Positions 1 to 15,034 are shown, counted from the stretch's first letter. The stretch is DNA of 64,000 nt from the human T2T-CHM13v2.0 reference genome, Homo sapiens (GCA_009914755.4 CP068257.2:30368001-30432000); one strand, 5' to 3'. Program-made: numbers and translations. Notes: a model not told the origin generated them from the letters alone.

Positions 1-4
1 GATT

Positions 5-26
5 TTTGTTGTTGTTGTTGTTGAAA
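5..26. repeat. (GTT)n microsatellite
   Basis: gttgttgttgttgttgtt read directly at the window start. Confidence 0.8.
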
Positions 27-1131
27 CATGCTAATGATTGAATTATCTTTTCCAAAGATTTTTTTTAAATGTGATGCCGGTAAATTGAAATAACATAATT
101 TTTTAAAACTTGGATGGAGAGATGAGAAGCAATTCCACCAAACTCATGTTTTCACAGGAGGGTTCAGTGTGGAGAGCAAAAAAGCTGACTGTGGTGATTT
201 GCTGAGTGCTGTGGCCCACAGGCAGGGCAAGTCTCGGTGGCCCTGTGTTCATCCTGTTGTTTAAGGCATAGCCCTGATCCTTCTGGAAGGCATAGAACAC
301 GGTTACAGCTGGTTCTGTAGAAAGAGGGAAAAGATGATTGTGACAATTCAGAGCATAACTCAGATGGCGAGAAGGCAGCATTATCTCTGTGCGATGCTGA
401 TTTCAAGCTGCCCACAGAACTGGTGCGGCTCAGAGCTCGGCGAGTTTGCTGGGAGCTGGGAGCAGGCTTGCCTGGCAGAGAACCTGTTCAGATACAGGCC
501 AGTTTCTTCTTCGAGGAAAGCCAAGCTCCTCAAACAGGGTTCAGTCCACGTTGTGTTTTCACACCTTTCTCCAAGGATCGAACCAAAGATGTGTCTCCAG
601 TATTGTGTCTGTGCCCCTGTGTGTGTTTTGTGGACAGCCGTGTTGTCTGACTGTATCCAGCTGGCACTTGACAGGGTGCAGTCATTGGTGAGAAGAATCA
701 GAAAAAGAAGACCCATCAGCACAGGTTGGATAGGGGTTAGTGTAGGAGACCAGTTACAGAATGGCCTGGAGTCTTCAACTTTTGACCGGTGCAGGTGTGA
801 CCAGAGACCACCTCTGTGGCCACCTCAGATAGTCATCTCAGTCCAAGGATCCCAAAACACAAATCTAGAATTGCAAAGCCAGCCTTTATTTCCCTGGCAG
901 GCAGCCTTGCCAGAAGGCAGAGAGGCAGTTCTGAATCATTCTCTCATTCACCAGTGGTGACATCCTTCAGTCCCTCACATCTCTGACAGAGCGGGACAGA
1001 ATGGATATTTGGCTGACCTTGGTGAGACCTGGAGCTGCCTGTTTCTTCCCTAGGGGATCACCACGGCTCTAGGGCATTCTAGGATGAGGTCAGACCCCTT
1101 GGCCATTGGTGTTATTTTTTGTATAGCTTCA

Positions 1132-1470
<339 letters not shown>

Positions 1471-1835
1471 TAGAGCTTTATAAGCAGAGAGAAGAAAATA
1501 ATCATCTAAGACCATCTCTCCATTCGACATGAAGTGTACCTTTTCTAAAGACGGTTTCCAGCTGCAACGGCTCCACTTTGCAGGCTTGCAGGGTGTATAC
1601 CTGCGCATTGGGAACTTGCTGGAACCCCTGATGCATTTTCCTTGAGAGCAGGGGTACTTCCGCCTTGCCGTTAGCTTGTGGAGAACGTGCTTCTTATTCC
1701 TGGCAGGCTTCAAGAACAGCTGCACATGTGCCGCTAACTGACCGCGTTGCCATTGGCGACCTGGACTCTGAACTCAGGTTTATTCTAAACCCAGTGAGAG
1801 GTGAGGGGGAGTGATGAAAGGGGATCAGCTGTATT

Positions 1836-1856
1836 TGTGTGTGTGTGTGTGTGTGA
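1836..1856. repeat. (TG)n microsatellite
   Basis: tgtgtgtgtgtgtgtgtgtg. Confidence 0.9.
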
Positions 1857-2268
1857 GCACCTGACAAATCTATGAAACCGAGTGAAAGGAGAAATGTTAG
1901 ATTCTTTATTATTTTATTATATTTATATGGAAAGCTCGACTCTCCCTTTGGTAAGTCCGAAGCATGTTGTCTGTTCGACCGTGACTGTCTTCCTCAGTCT
2001 GTGCCTGTGATTCCAGTCACCCTGTAGTTACTGACAGAAATTGACTGGACTGTCATTGTGTGAAGTCTAGGAGGAAATGTCCATTTTAATTGTATGATTT
2101 GGTCATAAGTAAGGACTATATTTATGTCACCATTATTAGATATATGTACTTTTGTAATGACTGTGAAATACACTTTTCCCTCACTACGACTGCTTCTTTA
2201 TTTGCTGATAAATCTTAAAACAACTAAGTACGTTGCAAATAATAGTACAGGTACCATCTTTTATGTGA

Positions 2269-2570
<302 letters not shown>

Positions 2571-4940
2571 TTATGTAAAGCTCTTGACCTAGCATCTGAC
2601 TGGAAACAAGCGGGAATTGCATTGGGGGGCATTTTCTGGGCCAGTTTCCCTGCCTTATTTTACCTGCAATAGGTGTGCCTACAAAAGTCTTTCTGACATA
2701 CACACTGCAGGTGGCAGTTCAAGAAGAATCAACCTTTTTCATTTGGGGATATTAGGATCTTCCTTGGAGACTCTGAAAATGGCACACAAAGAATGGCAGT
2801 TATGAACGTGACTTCTAGATTTTGTCCTTGTAGGAGGCCTTGGTCATGGATAGGGGAAGAGGGATGATGGGATGGAATGGGAGGGTGGGATCTAGATGAC
2901 CTCTTGAAATTGTCCCAGTTACTGCTTCCTTCATAACTGTTCACAAAACGTTTTTCATATATACCACCTTGTTTCCCCTGGGAAGTGAGGGGACGAAGCC
3001 TTAGAGGGTGACATAGCTAGAAAGTGGAGAAGCTCACTGTTCACTGTGCAAAGCCCCAGTAGTCGGATTCCGGGGAAAAGAACAAGTATCTAGTTTTGAT
3101 GACAATGTTTTCTTGTAAGAATCCCAACACTTTAGAATAGAAAAGGACCTAAGATTCTCTGGCTCAGCCCCAGCCTTTCTGAAGAAGGGAAAACTAGGGA
3201 CCCAGATGGTTTAAGGACACCCCAGAGTCCCCAGATGAGCTGGCATTTGAGCTGGTCTGGAGCAGAGTTTCTCCCTCAAAGAACACAGAGAAATCAGAGA
3301 GTGGCTGCCATGGTCAGAGGGGGATGTCAACAACAGATCAAGCCGTCATCACAACAGGTATTTCTGAAGTTCCTGCAGGGACTAGGTCTTGCATTTTTAA
3401 GTCCTTTTCAAAACTGTGCAGCTTCCTGAACCTTATGCTGTTTGTCCCATCCACTCTTGAAGCTGGGGAAAGACAGCTTTCTTTGGGAACTCTGTCTTTC
3501 TCAGTTGACTTCCCAAGTAAGCAGCAAACCCCTGGATAGCCTTGTTATCTACTTTAGGTATTAAGAGGCTATTGGGTTTTACTAGATTAAATCAATAAAA
3601 CATTTCCTATAGAGCCATATCATACACTGAAGCAAATTCAGAAAGAATGCAAAACTGCTATCTTTTGGGGGAGTCTGGAAGCCTGTTGGTTAGTGTATTT
3701 ATTTTCTTTGTGGGGTCTTCTGTGAGCTACAGGCACAGTAAGAATAATTCAGAGCGGTACTGGGAGTTGGTTCAATTTCATGTCATCACTTTTCAATGAA
3801 GGGAGTGCATTTCCTGAGTAGTAAATGAGTATATTATTTGTGGCAGCTTTTCTGTTAAGGGAGCTTTCCAGACATCTGGTTGCAAAGACAAATAGGATAT
3901 ATATTTGTACTTCTTCTCTGTGGACATGTTTTTGTGACACACAGTTATCTCTAGGAGTTGACGTCTGTGGGCACTAAGGGACTGAGGTTGGGGGAGAAAG
4001 CTGAGGAGGCTTTGGAAGAGAAGGTGAGGAGCATTTCAGGATTTGCAGTCCCCCTCCACATGTATCCACATCTGAGCTGGTGGTGTTCCAATAATGAGGC
4101 ATTTGGGGCAACCAATTTTGGAAGGATAGAATAGCTTTATGTGGAGCAAACTTGAGGATCAATTGGAGTTGAGTGGTTTAAAACTTAAAGATGGCACAGG
4201 AAGCTGTATCATTTACAGGTGAAAAAAATAAATGGGTCTGACTTCAGGGCCTCAGCTCTTTGTATTTCCTACTTGGAAGATGGGCTATTAGCAATTTTGA
4301 AAGCAAAGGCTTTGGTTTACATTTAAACTCTATAATTTTTTTTAAAAATGTGTTCTTTCTAGTCTTGTTACCATAGCCAGCTGGAAAGGGCAAATTGCAA
4401 GCCTATATTGGGAACAAGTCTTCTTGCCGAAAGTAGGGCAGTGAAGTTCTTGGCAGATCTGAGATGAGAATGCCTTCCCCTGACTCCTTCATCAGTGTTC
4501 AGTGCTCACCTCCTCTGGCAACCAGTATGCTAGAAGATTAGGCTTTGCTATGATCACAAATTAATTCCAAATCTCTGTGACTTGCCCAATAAAGGTTTAT
4601 TTCTTAAAATATTTTTATGAGGCTGGGCTGACCACAAAACGGCTGTCTTCCATATGGTGACTCAGGGATCCAGGCTACATCCAACTTGTGGCTGTGTCCC
4701 CTCAAAATGAAACGTCTTTGGCTGCTCCAGCACAGGAAGGCACGGCTGGAGAGTTTTCCACCAGCCCTTAAACATTCTATGAGGGGACTCATCACTTCTC
4801 CCACAGCCCATTGACTGGAACTGGTCACACTGCCTTGTCTGTGAGCAAGAGGCTGGGAAATACAGGAGCATAGGGCTACTTGGGATGCAGCTAATGTTTC
4901 TCCCATCTTAGGGAAGGTACAGCTGCCTGCCATTTATTTG

Positions 4941-5252
4941 TTCTTTGTTTTTGTTTTTGCTTTTGTTTTGAGATGGAGTCTCCCTCTGTCACCCAGGCTG
5001 GAATGCAGTGGCGCAATCTCGGTTCACTGCAACCTCCACCTCCTGGGTTCAAGCGATTCTTGTGCCTCAGCCTCCTGAGTAGCTGAGACTATAGGCACAT
5101 GCCACCATGCCCAGCTAATGTTTGTATTTTTAGTAGAGACGAGGGTTTCACCGTGTTGGCCAGGCCGGTCTTGGACTCCTGACCTCAAGTGATATGCCCG
5201 CCTTGGACTCCCAAAGTTCCAGGATTACAGGCATGAGCCACCGTGCCTGGCC
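4941..5252 (-). mobile_element. Alu SINE, full length
   Basis: T-rich tail then GAGATGGAGTCTCCCTCTGTCACCCAGGCTGGAATGCAGTGG through GGATTACAGGCATGAGCCACCGTGCCTGGCC. TSD-like GCCTRCCATTTA on both sides. Confidence 0.9.
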
Positions 5253-5394
5253 GAGATGCCTACCATTTAAAGGTACCCCAAAACTGGACTAGCCTTTTCC
5301 CATTGTCACACAATTATAGCACCTCTTAGTAAAGAGTTACTTTTTTAAAATAAAAGAATTAGCATTGGTAAATGTTAATATTTAAGGAGAGTGT

Positions 5395-6095
<701 letters not shown>

Positions 6096-6221
6096 GGGAA
6101 AAGGTCAGATAGTAAAATTTACATCTTCTAGGAATCTCATATGTTTTGCCCCATATGCCAAATTTCCATTTATCCTTTTCTGACTAAATCACTCCCAGAA
6201 AATTTCTCTTTTTTGGAGTGA

Positions 6222-6545
<324 letters not shown>

Positions 6546-6938
6546 TGAAATTCCACCTTTTCTAAGTGTTTCTTGTGCTTTAAGCTCAGTGTGCCAATTA
6601 TTTTCAAGTTTCTTTCTTCCTTTAATCCAGAGGTCTGCAAACTTTTTCTGTTAAGGACCAGAAAATAAATATTTTAGGCTTAGGAGATGACTGTTGCATA
6701 TTAGTCTGTTGCGTATTACTCTGCATTGTTTTTAAGTTTAGTTTAGTTTTTGTTTTTGCTATAACCCTTTGAAAATATGAAAACTGTTCTTATCTGGTGG
6801 ACCTACAAAAACAGGCCATAGCAGATTTTGGCCCTCAGGTAGTTATTTTGCTAACCCCTGATTTAATCTTCACAAAAACTCCGTGAAGTGTCATATTTTC
6901 TCTATTTTATAGATTAGTTTTGTGGGTTTTATAGATTG

Positions 6939-7250
6939 TTTTTGTTTTTAGTTTTTGTTTGTTTTTTGAGACAGAGTCTCACTCTGTTACTTATGCTGGA
7001 GTACAGTGGTACAATCATGGCTCACTGCAGCCTCGACCTCCTGGGCTCAAGTGATCCTCTCACTTCAGCCTCCCAAGTAGTTGGGACTACAGGCACATGC
7101 CACCATGCTAGGCTAATTTTTTAAGTTTTTTGTAGAGATGGGGTCTCACTATATTGCCCAGGCTGGTTTCCAACTCCTGGGCTCAAGCAATCCTCCTGCC
7201 TCAGCCTCCCAAATTGCTGGGAATACAGGCGTGAGCCATCATGCCCAGTT
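6939..7250 (-). mobile_element. Alu SINE (older, diverged)
   Basis: TTTTGAGACAGAGTCTCACTCTGTTACTTATGCTGGAGTACAGTGG through AATACAGGCGTGAGCCATCATGCCCAG. Confidence 0.85.
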
Positions 7251-8021
7251 GACACAATCAGGACTTCTGCAATCACACACCACAACTTTCATGTTAGGAA
7301 CTCACCACTTGAAAGACAGAGAGGGCTCCTTTTGTGACATCTGGGCCAGTGGGCTCTCAGAAGGGCCTGTGGCTAATGGTAACAAATTTGTTAAGAGTTT
7401 TGCAAAATGATTCAATCTAAGGGAACTTGGAGGTGGGGAGAGACCCTGGCTCTTTTCTTTGCCACTCCTTCCTTCGTTGCTTTTTGTAGATTTCCAGGGT
7501 TGGTTGCCAGCCACAGGAATGGCAGTGCTACAGGAGAGCCATCCTGGTCTCGAGTCTGTCATTACTATTTGTTCCCCACCTTTAGATTCAATCCTGTCTT
7601 CATCTGTGCAGAATGGAACATGGCCCTAGTCCCCAAGCTGTTTTCCATTCAAGCTGTTTCCCTTTTCTCTTTTGTGAATAGCCTCTCAAAAATGGGCTCT
7701 TAATTGCTTATAAAAAGACAGAGCTTACTCAAAGTCTCAGGAAACAAGTCTAAATCTGGAGCAGATGTGAAGCTGGATGATGCTTGTAGACAGATCATTA
7801 CCATTACTCACAACTGGGTGACGTGCGGGCCATTGGGATGGACGAGTGTCCCCGCCAGTGAAAGATGAATCATGTCATCTGAGTCAGAGAATTTCAAAGA
7901 GCCATTCAGAGTCCTTACCACCCAGAGCCCCTTGAATTATCTGAGCCATTCTCACGTTCAAAGCATTAGGCCAACTCAGAGAATCACAGGAACAATGGTG
8001 GTCACCCAGCCTTGGGCTTAG

Positions 8022-8405
<384 letters not shown>

Positions 8406-8420
8406 TCACTACTACTTTTA

Positions 8421-8443
8421 AAACAAAACAAAACAAAACAAAG
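8421..8443. repeat. (AAAAC)n microsatellite
   Basis: aaaacaaaacaaaacaaaacaaa. Confidence 0.8.
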
Positions 8444-8997
8444 CATTTTTACCTAAAACTAATATATTATGTATCCCAGATACAAAATCAGTTGAATTTT
8501 GTCAGTACAATCCTTATTGTCCTCTAAGCATTCAGGGAATCATTTTAATAAGCAGGTGATGCAATTGAGACCAGAATGGAGAAATGATGCATTGAAGAAC
8601 TCACAACTTGTCAGTTACAGCCTCTGCCTTCAAGCTCAGTTCTCCTCCCAGGAACCTGGACAAAGAACCCAGAATTAAAAGAGGATCTGGGGTGCTTGGG
8701 GTGTCATGATGTCTGAGGTCTACTCAGTCCCTTTTGCAAAATTTTGCACAACAGAAAGGGTGGACATGGTGATGGCCATAGTAGGAAGAAGGAAATTGAT
8801 TTGTGAGGAGTGTTTGAATGAAGAGGGTGTATGTGAGTGCTCTTTTCACCTTCCTAAGCTTGGTTTGTCTTGCCCTCCTCTGAGTACTCCTAGCAGCAAT
8901 GATTACGTGTAATAATTGTTACATTACTGTTTCTCCCAGGGCTCTGGGACACTGTCTTACATATCTTTTTAACTATACCCAGTGATCCAACCACGTG

Positions 8998-9292
8998 GAT
9001 GAATGAGTAGATGATGGATGGATGGATGGATGGTGAATGGGTGAATGGGTAGATGCATGTATAGATGGATGGGTAGATGGTGAATAGATGAATGGCAGGA
9101 TGGATAGACAATGAATGGATGGATGGGTAGGTGAATGGATAGATGGTTAGATGGCTGGATGGAAGGATAGATGAGTAGATGATAGATGGTTGGTGGGATG
9201 AATGGGTAGATGATGGATGAATGGGTAGGTGATGAATGGATGGATGGGTGGGCAAATGAATGGATGGATGGATGGATGAATTGAGTTGATAA
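8998..9292. repeat. (GGAT)n/(GAATG)n compound simple repeat
   Basis: ggatggatggatggatggtgaatgggtgaatgggtagatg... runs for about 295 bp. The minus-strand ORF 8890..9255 (HPSIHPS...) is an artefact of this repeat. Confidence 0.9.
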
Positions 9293-9929
9293 TAAATGTT
9301 AAGGGGAGTTAGATGAACCAGATTAGTGGATTTCTGGGAGGGCAGTTCAAGGAAAGGAAAATACTTCCTTAATCCACAGTGTAAACTCTCAAATACACAA
9401 TAAACAAAAAAATAGAGGGCCTGGAAAACAAATAGAGCTCTAACTTTGGGTACAAATAGCCTTTACAGCATTGCCTCCTCCTACCATGGATCCACTCACT
9501 CACCACCCTGAAAGCAAGGAATCACAAACCCCGGTTGCACGGTGAGGCCATTGCCCCTGTTGTCAAACGCATGTGTGTCTATTTGATTGTTTTCTTTTGG
9601 TGACCTTACAGGGATTTGGCAAGGAGATAAGGTGACTATCAAATAAGCCAGAACAGGTACCCTGCCACTCTCTCCACCCACACAGCTGTTTATGAGGCCA
9701 GTGTACTGAGGCCCAAACTGCTCTGTAAAGTCAAAGTAAATCCTGACTGAAGTACTGTGTTAGCCTCACTTTCATGCCTTGTCAGCCCAAGCTTCCAGCT
9801 GTGTTGTGCAAAACCATCTCAAAGCTATAGTTGGTTAATTAGGCATTTTCACAGGAGATGGGTAGCTAATCAAGATGATGTTCACACAGCTATGTCTCAC
9901 CCCAGCTAACCTGCTCACTTCTCCACTGC

Positions 9930-10325
9930 TATGGGCTGAATTATGCCCCCCAAATTCATGTGGAAGCCTGTCCCCCAGTACTTCAGAATGTGTCTGCATT
10001 TGGAGCTAGGGCTTTTAAAGAGGTGATTAAGTGATTAAGGTGGGCCCTAATCCAGTGTGACTGGTGTCCTTATAAGAAGGGGAAATTGGGACACACAAAA
10101 AGACACACCAGGGATTCAGGCACACAGAGGAAAGACCATGTGAGGACACTGTGAGAAGGCAGCCGTCTGCCAGCCAAAGAGAGAGGCCTCTGGAGAAACC
10201 GAACCTGTCAACACCTTAATCTTGGACTACTGGTCTCCAGAACTGTGAGAAAATACATTTCTGTTGTTTAAGCCACTCAGTCTGTGGTGTTTTGTTATGG
10301 CAACCCTGGTAAACTGATATACCCA
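9930..10325 (+). mobile_element. MaLR-type LTR (MLT1-like)
   Basis: GGGCTGAATTATGCCCCCCAAATTCATGTGGAAGCC..GGGCCCTAATCCAGTGTGACTGGTGTCCTTATAAGAAGG..CCATGTGAGGACACTGTGAGAAGGCAGCC..CTCCAGAACTGTGAGAAAATACATTTCTGTTGTTTAAGCCACTCAGTCTGTGGTGTTTTGTTATGGCAACCC. Confidence 0.55.
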
Positions 10326-10558
10326 CAAACCCAGGTGTGGAAATAATGAAGCCCCTTCACGGAGAACAAACAGGCTGTTTATTCAGAGCTTGCTGTAGCA
10401 AGGGAGTTGGCCACCATCACTTGCATGGGGCAGAGACTCAAAGGCAGGCAGAGGAGTGGGAAAGTGTCATTGGGGGAAAAGGGAAGGCTTCAACTAGGAT
10501 CTGACTGGAGGTTGTTGGCACAGGGAAACTGGAGGTGGCCTAATTAGCAGTAGGACAT

Positions 10559-10970
10559 TGTATTAGTTCATTCTCACACTGCTATAAAGAACTACCTGAG
10601 ACTGGGTAATTTATAAAGAAAAGAGGTTTAAGTGGCTCGTGGTTCCACAGGCTGTCCAGGAAGCATGATTCTGGCATCTGCTCAGCTTCTGGGGAAGCCT
10701 CGGGAAACTGACAATCATGGTGGAAGGTGAAGAGGAAGCAGGCTTGTCTTTCATGACTGGAGTAGGAGGAAGAGAGCAATGGGAGAGCTGCTACACACTT
10801 TTAAACAGCCAGATCTAGTGATAATTCACTCACTATCATGAGAACAGCACCAAAGGGGAAACCCTCCCCCATGATCCAACCACCTCCCACTGGGCCCCGC
10901 TTCTAACACTGGAGCTTATAATTTGACATGAGATTTAGGCTAGGACACAGACCCAAACCATATCAGACAT
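10559..10970 (-). mobile_element. THE1/MST-type MaLR solo LTR
   Basis: TGTATTAGTTCATTCTCACACTGCTATAAAGAACTACCTGAGACTGGGTAATTTATAAAGAAAAGAGGTTTAA start through ATGAGATTTAGGCTAGGACACAGACCCAAACCATATCA end, which is the reverse complement of the THE1 consensus. 5-bp TSD GACAT on both sides. Confidence 0.75.
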
Positions 10971-11230
10971 TTTATGTGATTTTGGTTTTGGCGAAATATT
11001 TGACTTTTTTTCTGAGATGAAAATCAGGGCAAAAGTAGGAAAGCTGGCAGTCGTTGACCAAGTCCTGACCACTCTGGGCCCACAGCTGCAGAGGTTTGGC
11101 TTCATGGATCGGTTATTGCAGAGGCTGAGGGCCTGAGTTCTATTGCTGTGTGTGATCTGGCCGTCGTCCATTTATGTATTCAGTGTCTTACAGGAGTGGT
11201 GGGATGTCTTCTCACTCATGTCTGCCTGGC

Positions 11231-11675
11231 TGCATTTGTTTCCTAGGGCTATTATAACAAATTATCACAAACTTGATGTCTTACAACAGGAATGTATTCT
11301 CCCACAATTCTAGAGACAAGAAGTCTGAAATCAAGGTGTCAGCAGGGCCACTCTCTCTCTGAAGGCAGTAGGGGAGGAACTTTCCTTGCATCTTCCTGTT
11401 TCTGGTGGCTCCCAGCAATCCTTGGCATTCTTTGGCCATAGGAGCATTCCTCCATTCTCTGCCGCCATCTTTACATGGTGTTATTCCCTGTGTGTGTCTT
11501 CACATGTCCTTCTTTAAGGACACAAGTCACTGGATCTAGTTAGGGATCCACCCCAACCCAGTATGAACTCACCTTAACTAATTACACTTGCAATAACTCT
11601 ATTTTCAAATAAGCTTACCTTCTGAGGTCCCAGCAGACATGAATTTTGGAGGAGACACTATTCAACCCAGTATAC
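11231..11675 (-). mobile_element. MaLR-type LTR (MLT1-like, antisense)
   Basis: TTTCCTAGGGCTATTATAACAAATTATCACAAACTTGATGTCTTACAACAGGAATGTATTCTCCCACAATTCTAGAGACAAGAAGTCTGAAATCAAGGTGTCAGCAGG is the reverse complement of the CCAGAACTGTGAGAAA..GTTATAGCAGC motif. Confidence 0.5.
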
Positions 11676-12581
11676 TAGTTAAGGGCCCTCTTTTGCTGTC
11701 ACCGGGGCTTAACGCCTGATGAATCAGGACCTGACATGGGGCCACAATGGGGGATTCAACTCTGTGACGTCTTGGGACATCCAGAGTAGAAGATGGTAGG
11801 ATGTGACCTTTTGGGTGGAAACTTTGGGACCCTTACGAAAGGGAGGAAAGGAATCCACATCTGATCATGTGGAGTGATTGACAGGCCCACTCCAAGGAAC
11901 ACAGATCCTGGGGCCAAGCTGATGATCCGGTGATCTCCTAACATAGATTTTCACAAAGGAATCAGAGAGACAACTAGGATGACTTGGGGGTCGGGGTGGG
12001 GGCTCTTGATTGTGGGAATGCTGTGCCAGGGGTTTATGGAGTCTTGACATAACCTGTGAGTCTTCAAAAAGCACATAGATTGTCAACATGAGTTGTTGAC
12101 CCCAAAACTGTATCTCTAGAACAGAATATTCCCTGGAGCATCAGGCAGGTTTATCAAACCCAGAGGAGATCCACATTCAATTCGTTATGTCCAGAGCCAA
12201 TGAGCTCATTCCCCAAGACCAGGTCTTCCTGTGCTCCCTCTTGTATGATGAAGGGCATCACAGACTCCACTTTGCCCAAGCGCCAACCTGAGCATCATCC
12301 TGAACCACACTCTCCTGCATCTAGTCCATTTACAAATCTTACCAGTTGTACCTCTTGTTTGCTTCTTGCTAAGTCAAGTGCCCCAAAGATGAAGGGCTAT
12401 CAAGGGCCACCAGTACCAACTCCAGAGGGGAGGATGAAGCCCACTCTCTTTCTATGCTTGACGTTTAGCATGGTGCAGTGAAATACACATCAAATCAGGA
12501 ACCATCCACAAAACAGGGATTTGAGGTAATAAGGTGGTATTGCTTGAATTTTTGTCCCTTTTGAAACTCATATTAAAACTT

Positions 12582-12935
12582 AATCCCCAATGTGACAGTG
12601 TTGGGGTGGGAGTCCTTTAAGAGGTGATTGAGTCATGAGGGCTCTACCCTCATGAAGGAATTAACCCATTCCCCAGTTAATGGGTTAATAGATTAGTGAT
12701 TTATCACTGGAATGGGTTAGTTGTAGGAGAGCAAGTTGGCTGTCTCTTGTGAGCCCCTTGCCATGTGATGCCCTGCACCACCTCAGGACTCTACAGAAAG
12801 TGCCCACCAGCAGAAGACTCTCACTAGTTGCAGCCCTTCGGCCTTGGACTTCCCAGCCTCCAGAACTGTAAGAAATAAATTTTTTTATAAATTGCCCAGT
12901 CTCAGGTATCCAGTTACAGCAACAGAAAATTGACT
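12582..12935 (+). mobile_element. MaLR-type LTR (MST/MLT-like)
   Basis: CCCCAATGTGACAGTGTTGGGGTGGGAGTCCTTTAAGAGGTGATTGAGTCATGAGGGCTCTACCCTCATGAAGG..TTGGACTTCCCAGCCTCCAGAACTGTAAGAAATAAATTTTTTTATAAATTGCCCAGTCTCAGGTAT. Confidence 0.5.
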
Positions 12936-13334
12936 AAGACATAGGATCAATGCTATGATTAAAGAGTTAATATATGCAAGACACTTAGGACAAGCTGTAC
13001 AAAGTGGGTGCTACAGAAGCATTAGCTATTGCATGGTGGTGGCTGTGCGATTGTACTATTGGATAGAGTCAAGGGGTCTGGTTCTCAACCTTGATCTGCA
13101 TTAAGCAGCTATGGACAAGTTGCCCCCACTGCCCCCCACCACCAAGGGACAGATTCCTCACTGAAAATAAAAAACAAAAAACAGAACAAAACAAAACAAA
13201 ATCAGAATTGATTTTGGCCCCTTGAGAGACTGAACACATGTTCTAGTGTCACTACCATTTTTCAAAATGGTTTTGTGGAATTCCGTTTTGCCCACGGAAT
13301 TCATCATGTTTTTTTTTTTTTTAACAAAAATCAA

Positions 13335-14505
13335 CTTTTTATTTTGCAATAATTGAAGATTCACAGAAAAGTTACAAAGATAGTATAGAGAGTCCCCAAA
13401 TACCCCTCATCCAGTTTCTCCCATTGTTAGCATCTTATATAATCCATTACATTTGTCAAAATGAAGGAAGTGGCATTGGGTTACTACTATTAACTAAACT
13501 CCAGACTTTACTTGGGTGTCGCTAGTTTTTTCCTTAATGTCCTCTTTCTGTTCCAGGATCCAACTCAGGGTACTCAATTGCATTTAGTTGTTATGTCTTT
13601 ACAGTCTCCTGTGGTTTGAAGCAATTGGTCAGTCTTTTCTTGCTTTTCATGACCTTGAGAGTCTTGAGGAGAACTAGCCCAGTATCCTATTGAAGGTTCC
13701 CCCGTCTGGGTTTGCCTGTTGCTTTCATCATGAATAAACTTGGGTTATGGATTTTTGTTAAGAATGCCATAGAGGCGAAGTGTCCTTTTCATCACATCAT
13801 ATCAGGGAGTACATGATAGCCAGATGATATTACTTATGGTATTGACCTCAGTTAAGGAAGAGTTTACCTTAACCATCACTCATTTAAGGTGGAGTTTCCC
13901 AGGTTTCTCAATTGCAAAGCTTCTATTTCTCCCTTTCTCTAGTCTTTGGAAGTAAGTCACTAAGTCTAGCCTACCCTTAAGGTGTGGGAGGGATTGAGTG
14001 CCACCCCCTAGAGGGGTGAATATTTACATGTATTATTTCAAATTCTTCTTTAAGGAAGATGTGTCTCTTTTCCCCCATTATTTTATTTACTTGATCATTT
14101 ATTTATATCAGTATGGAGTCATAGATATTTATTTTATAGTTTGGGTTATAATCCAATACAGCATTATTTATGTTGTTGCTCAAACTGTTGCGGCTTTGGC
14201 CATTGGGAGCTCTTTCAGGCTGATTCCTGTTTCTTTTTGACATGCTTCCTTCCCTTTGATTTTTGAGCACTTCCTCACCTCCTGGCACTACAAGATATTC
14301 CAAGCTCATGTTGTATTTCCCTTGCTCCAGCCCTAGAATCAGCCATTTCTCCAAGGAGCCCTCGTTCATTACATTCTTTTGAATGTTACCAATAGTGGCA
14401 AATTCAATTTCTTTGTGGGTGGAATTAACAACCAAAAGTCAATTGGAATCATATCTGGTGAAATAGATTGGTAATCAAGAGCATTAAATAACATCTTTCA
14501 TCAAA
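13335..14505 (+). mobile_element. ancient L1M-type 3'-UTR-like fragment (tentative)
   Basis: TTTTATTTTGCAATAATTGAAGATTCACAGAAAAGTTACAAAGATAGTATAGAGAGTCCC..TCTCCCATTGTTAGCATCTTATATAATCC resembles the L1MA/L1MB 3'-end consensus (TTTGAAATAATTTTAGACTTACAGAAAAGTTGCAAA...). Family and extent uncertain. Confidence 0.4.
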
Positions 14506-14529
14506 AACTGTGTGACGGCATACAAACAC

Positions 14530-15034
14530 ATATTTATAGCAGCACAATTCACAATTGCAGAGATATGGAACCAACCTAAGTGCCCATCAACAAGTGAGTG
14601 GATAAAGAAAATGTGGTATATGTACACCATGGAATACTACTCAGCCATAAAAAGGAATGAAATAATATCTTTTGCAGCAACTTGGATGGAGCTGGAGGCC
14701 ATTATTCTAACTAAGTGAAGTAACTTAGGAATGGAAAACGAAATATTGTATGTTCTCAGTTATAAGTGGGGGCTAAGCTATGAAAATGCAAATACATAAG
14801 AATTATATAATGGACTCATTTATCCCTCACCCCCCTTCCCAACCTTCTCTCTCAGGTGAGGGATCAAAGACAACACATTGGATACAGTGTACACTGCTTG
14901 GGTGATGGGTGCACTAAAACCTCAGAAATCACCACTAAAGAACTTATCCATGTAACCAAAAACCACCTGTACCCCAAAAACTATTGAAATAAAAATAAAA
15001 ATTAATTATTAAACCCCCCCCCCAAAAAAAAAAC
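14530..15034 (+). mobile_element. L1 (primate L1P-type) 3' end: ORF2 C-terminus plus 3' UTR and poly-A
   Basis: TTTATAGCAGCACAATTCACAATTGCAGAGATATGGAACCAACCTAAGTGCCCATCAACAAGTGAGTGGATAAAGAAAATGTGGTATATGTACACCATGGAATACTACTCAGCCATAAAAAGGAATGAAATAATATCTTTTGCAGCAACTTGGATGGAGCTGGAGGCCATTATTCTAACTAAG..TTCTCAGTTATAAGTGGGGGCTAAGC, ending in an A/C-rich tail. Confidence 0.7.

Noticed and set aside
13335-15034. Considered 13335-15034 as one continuous L1 3' end
   Set aside because: The order is wrong for a single element: 3'-UTR-like sequence precedes the ORF2 C-terminus. More likely two elements of different age, an ancient L1M 3' UTR and a younger L1P 3' end. Both calls kept separate at reduced confidence
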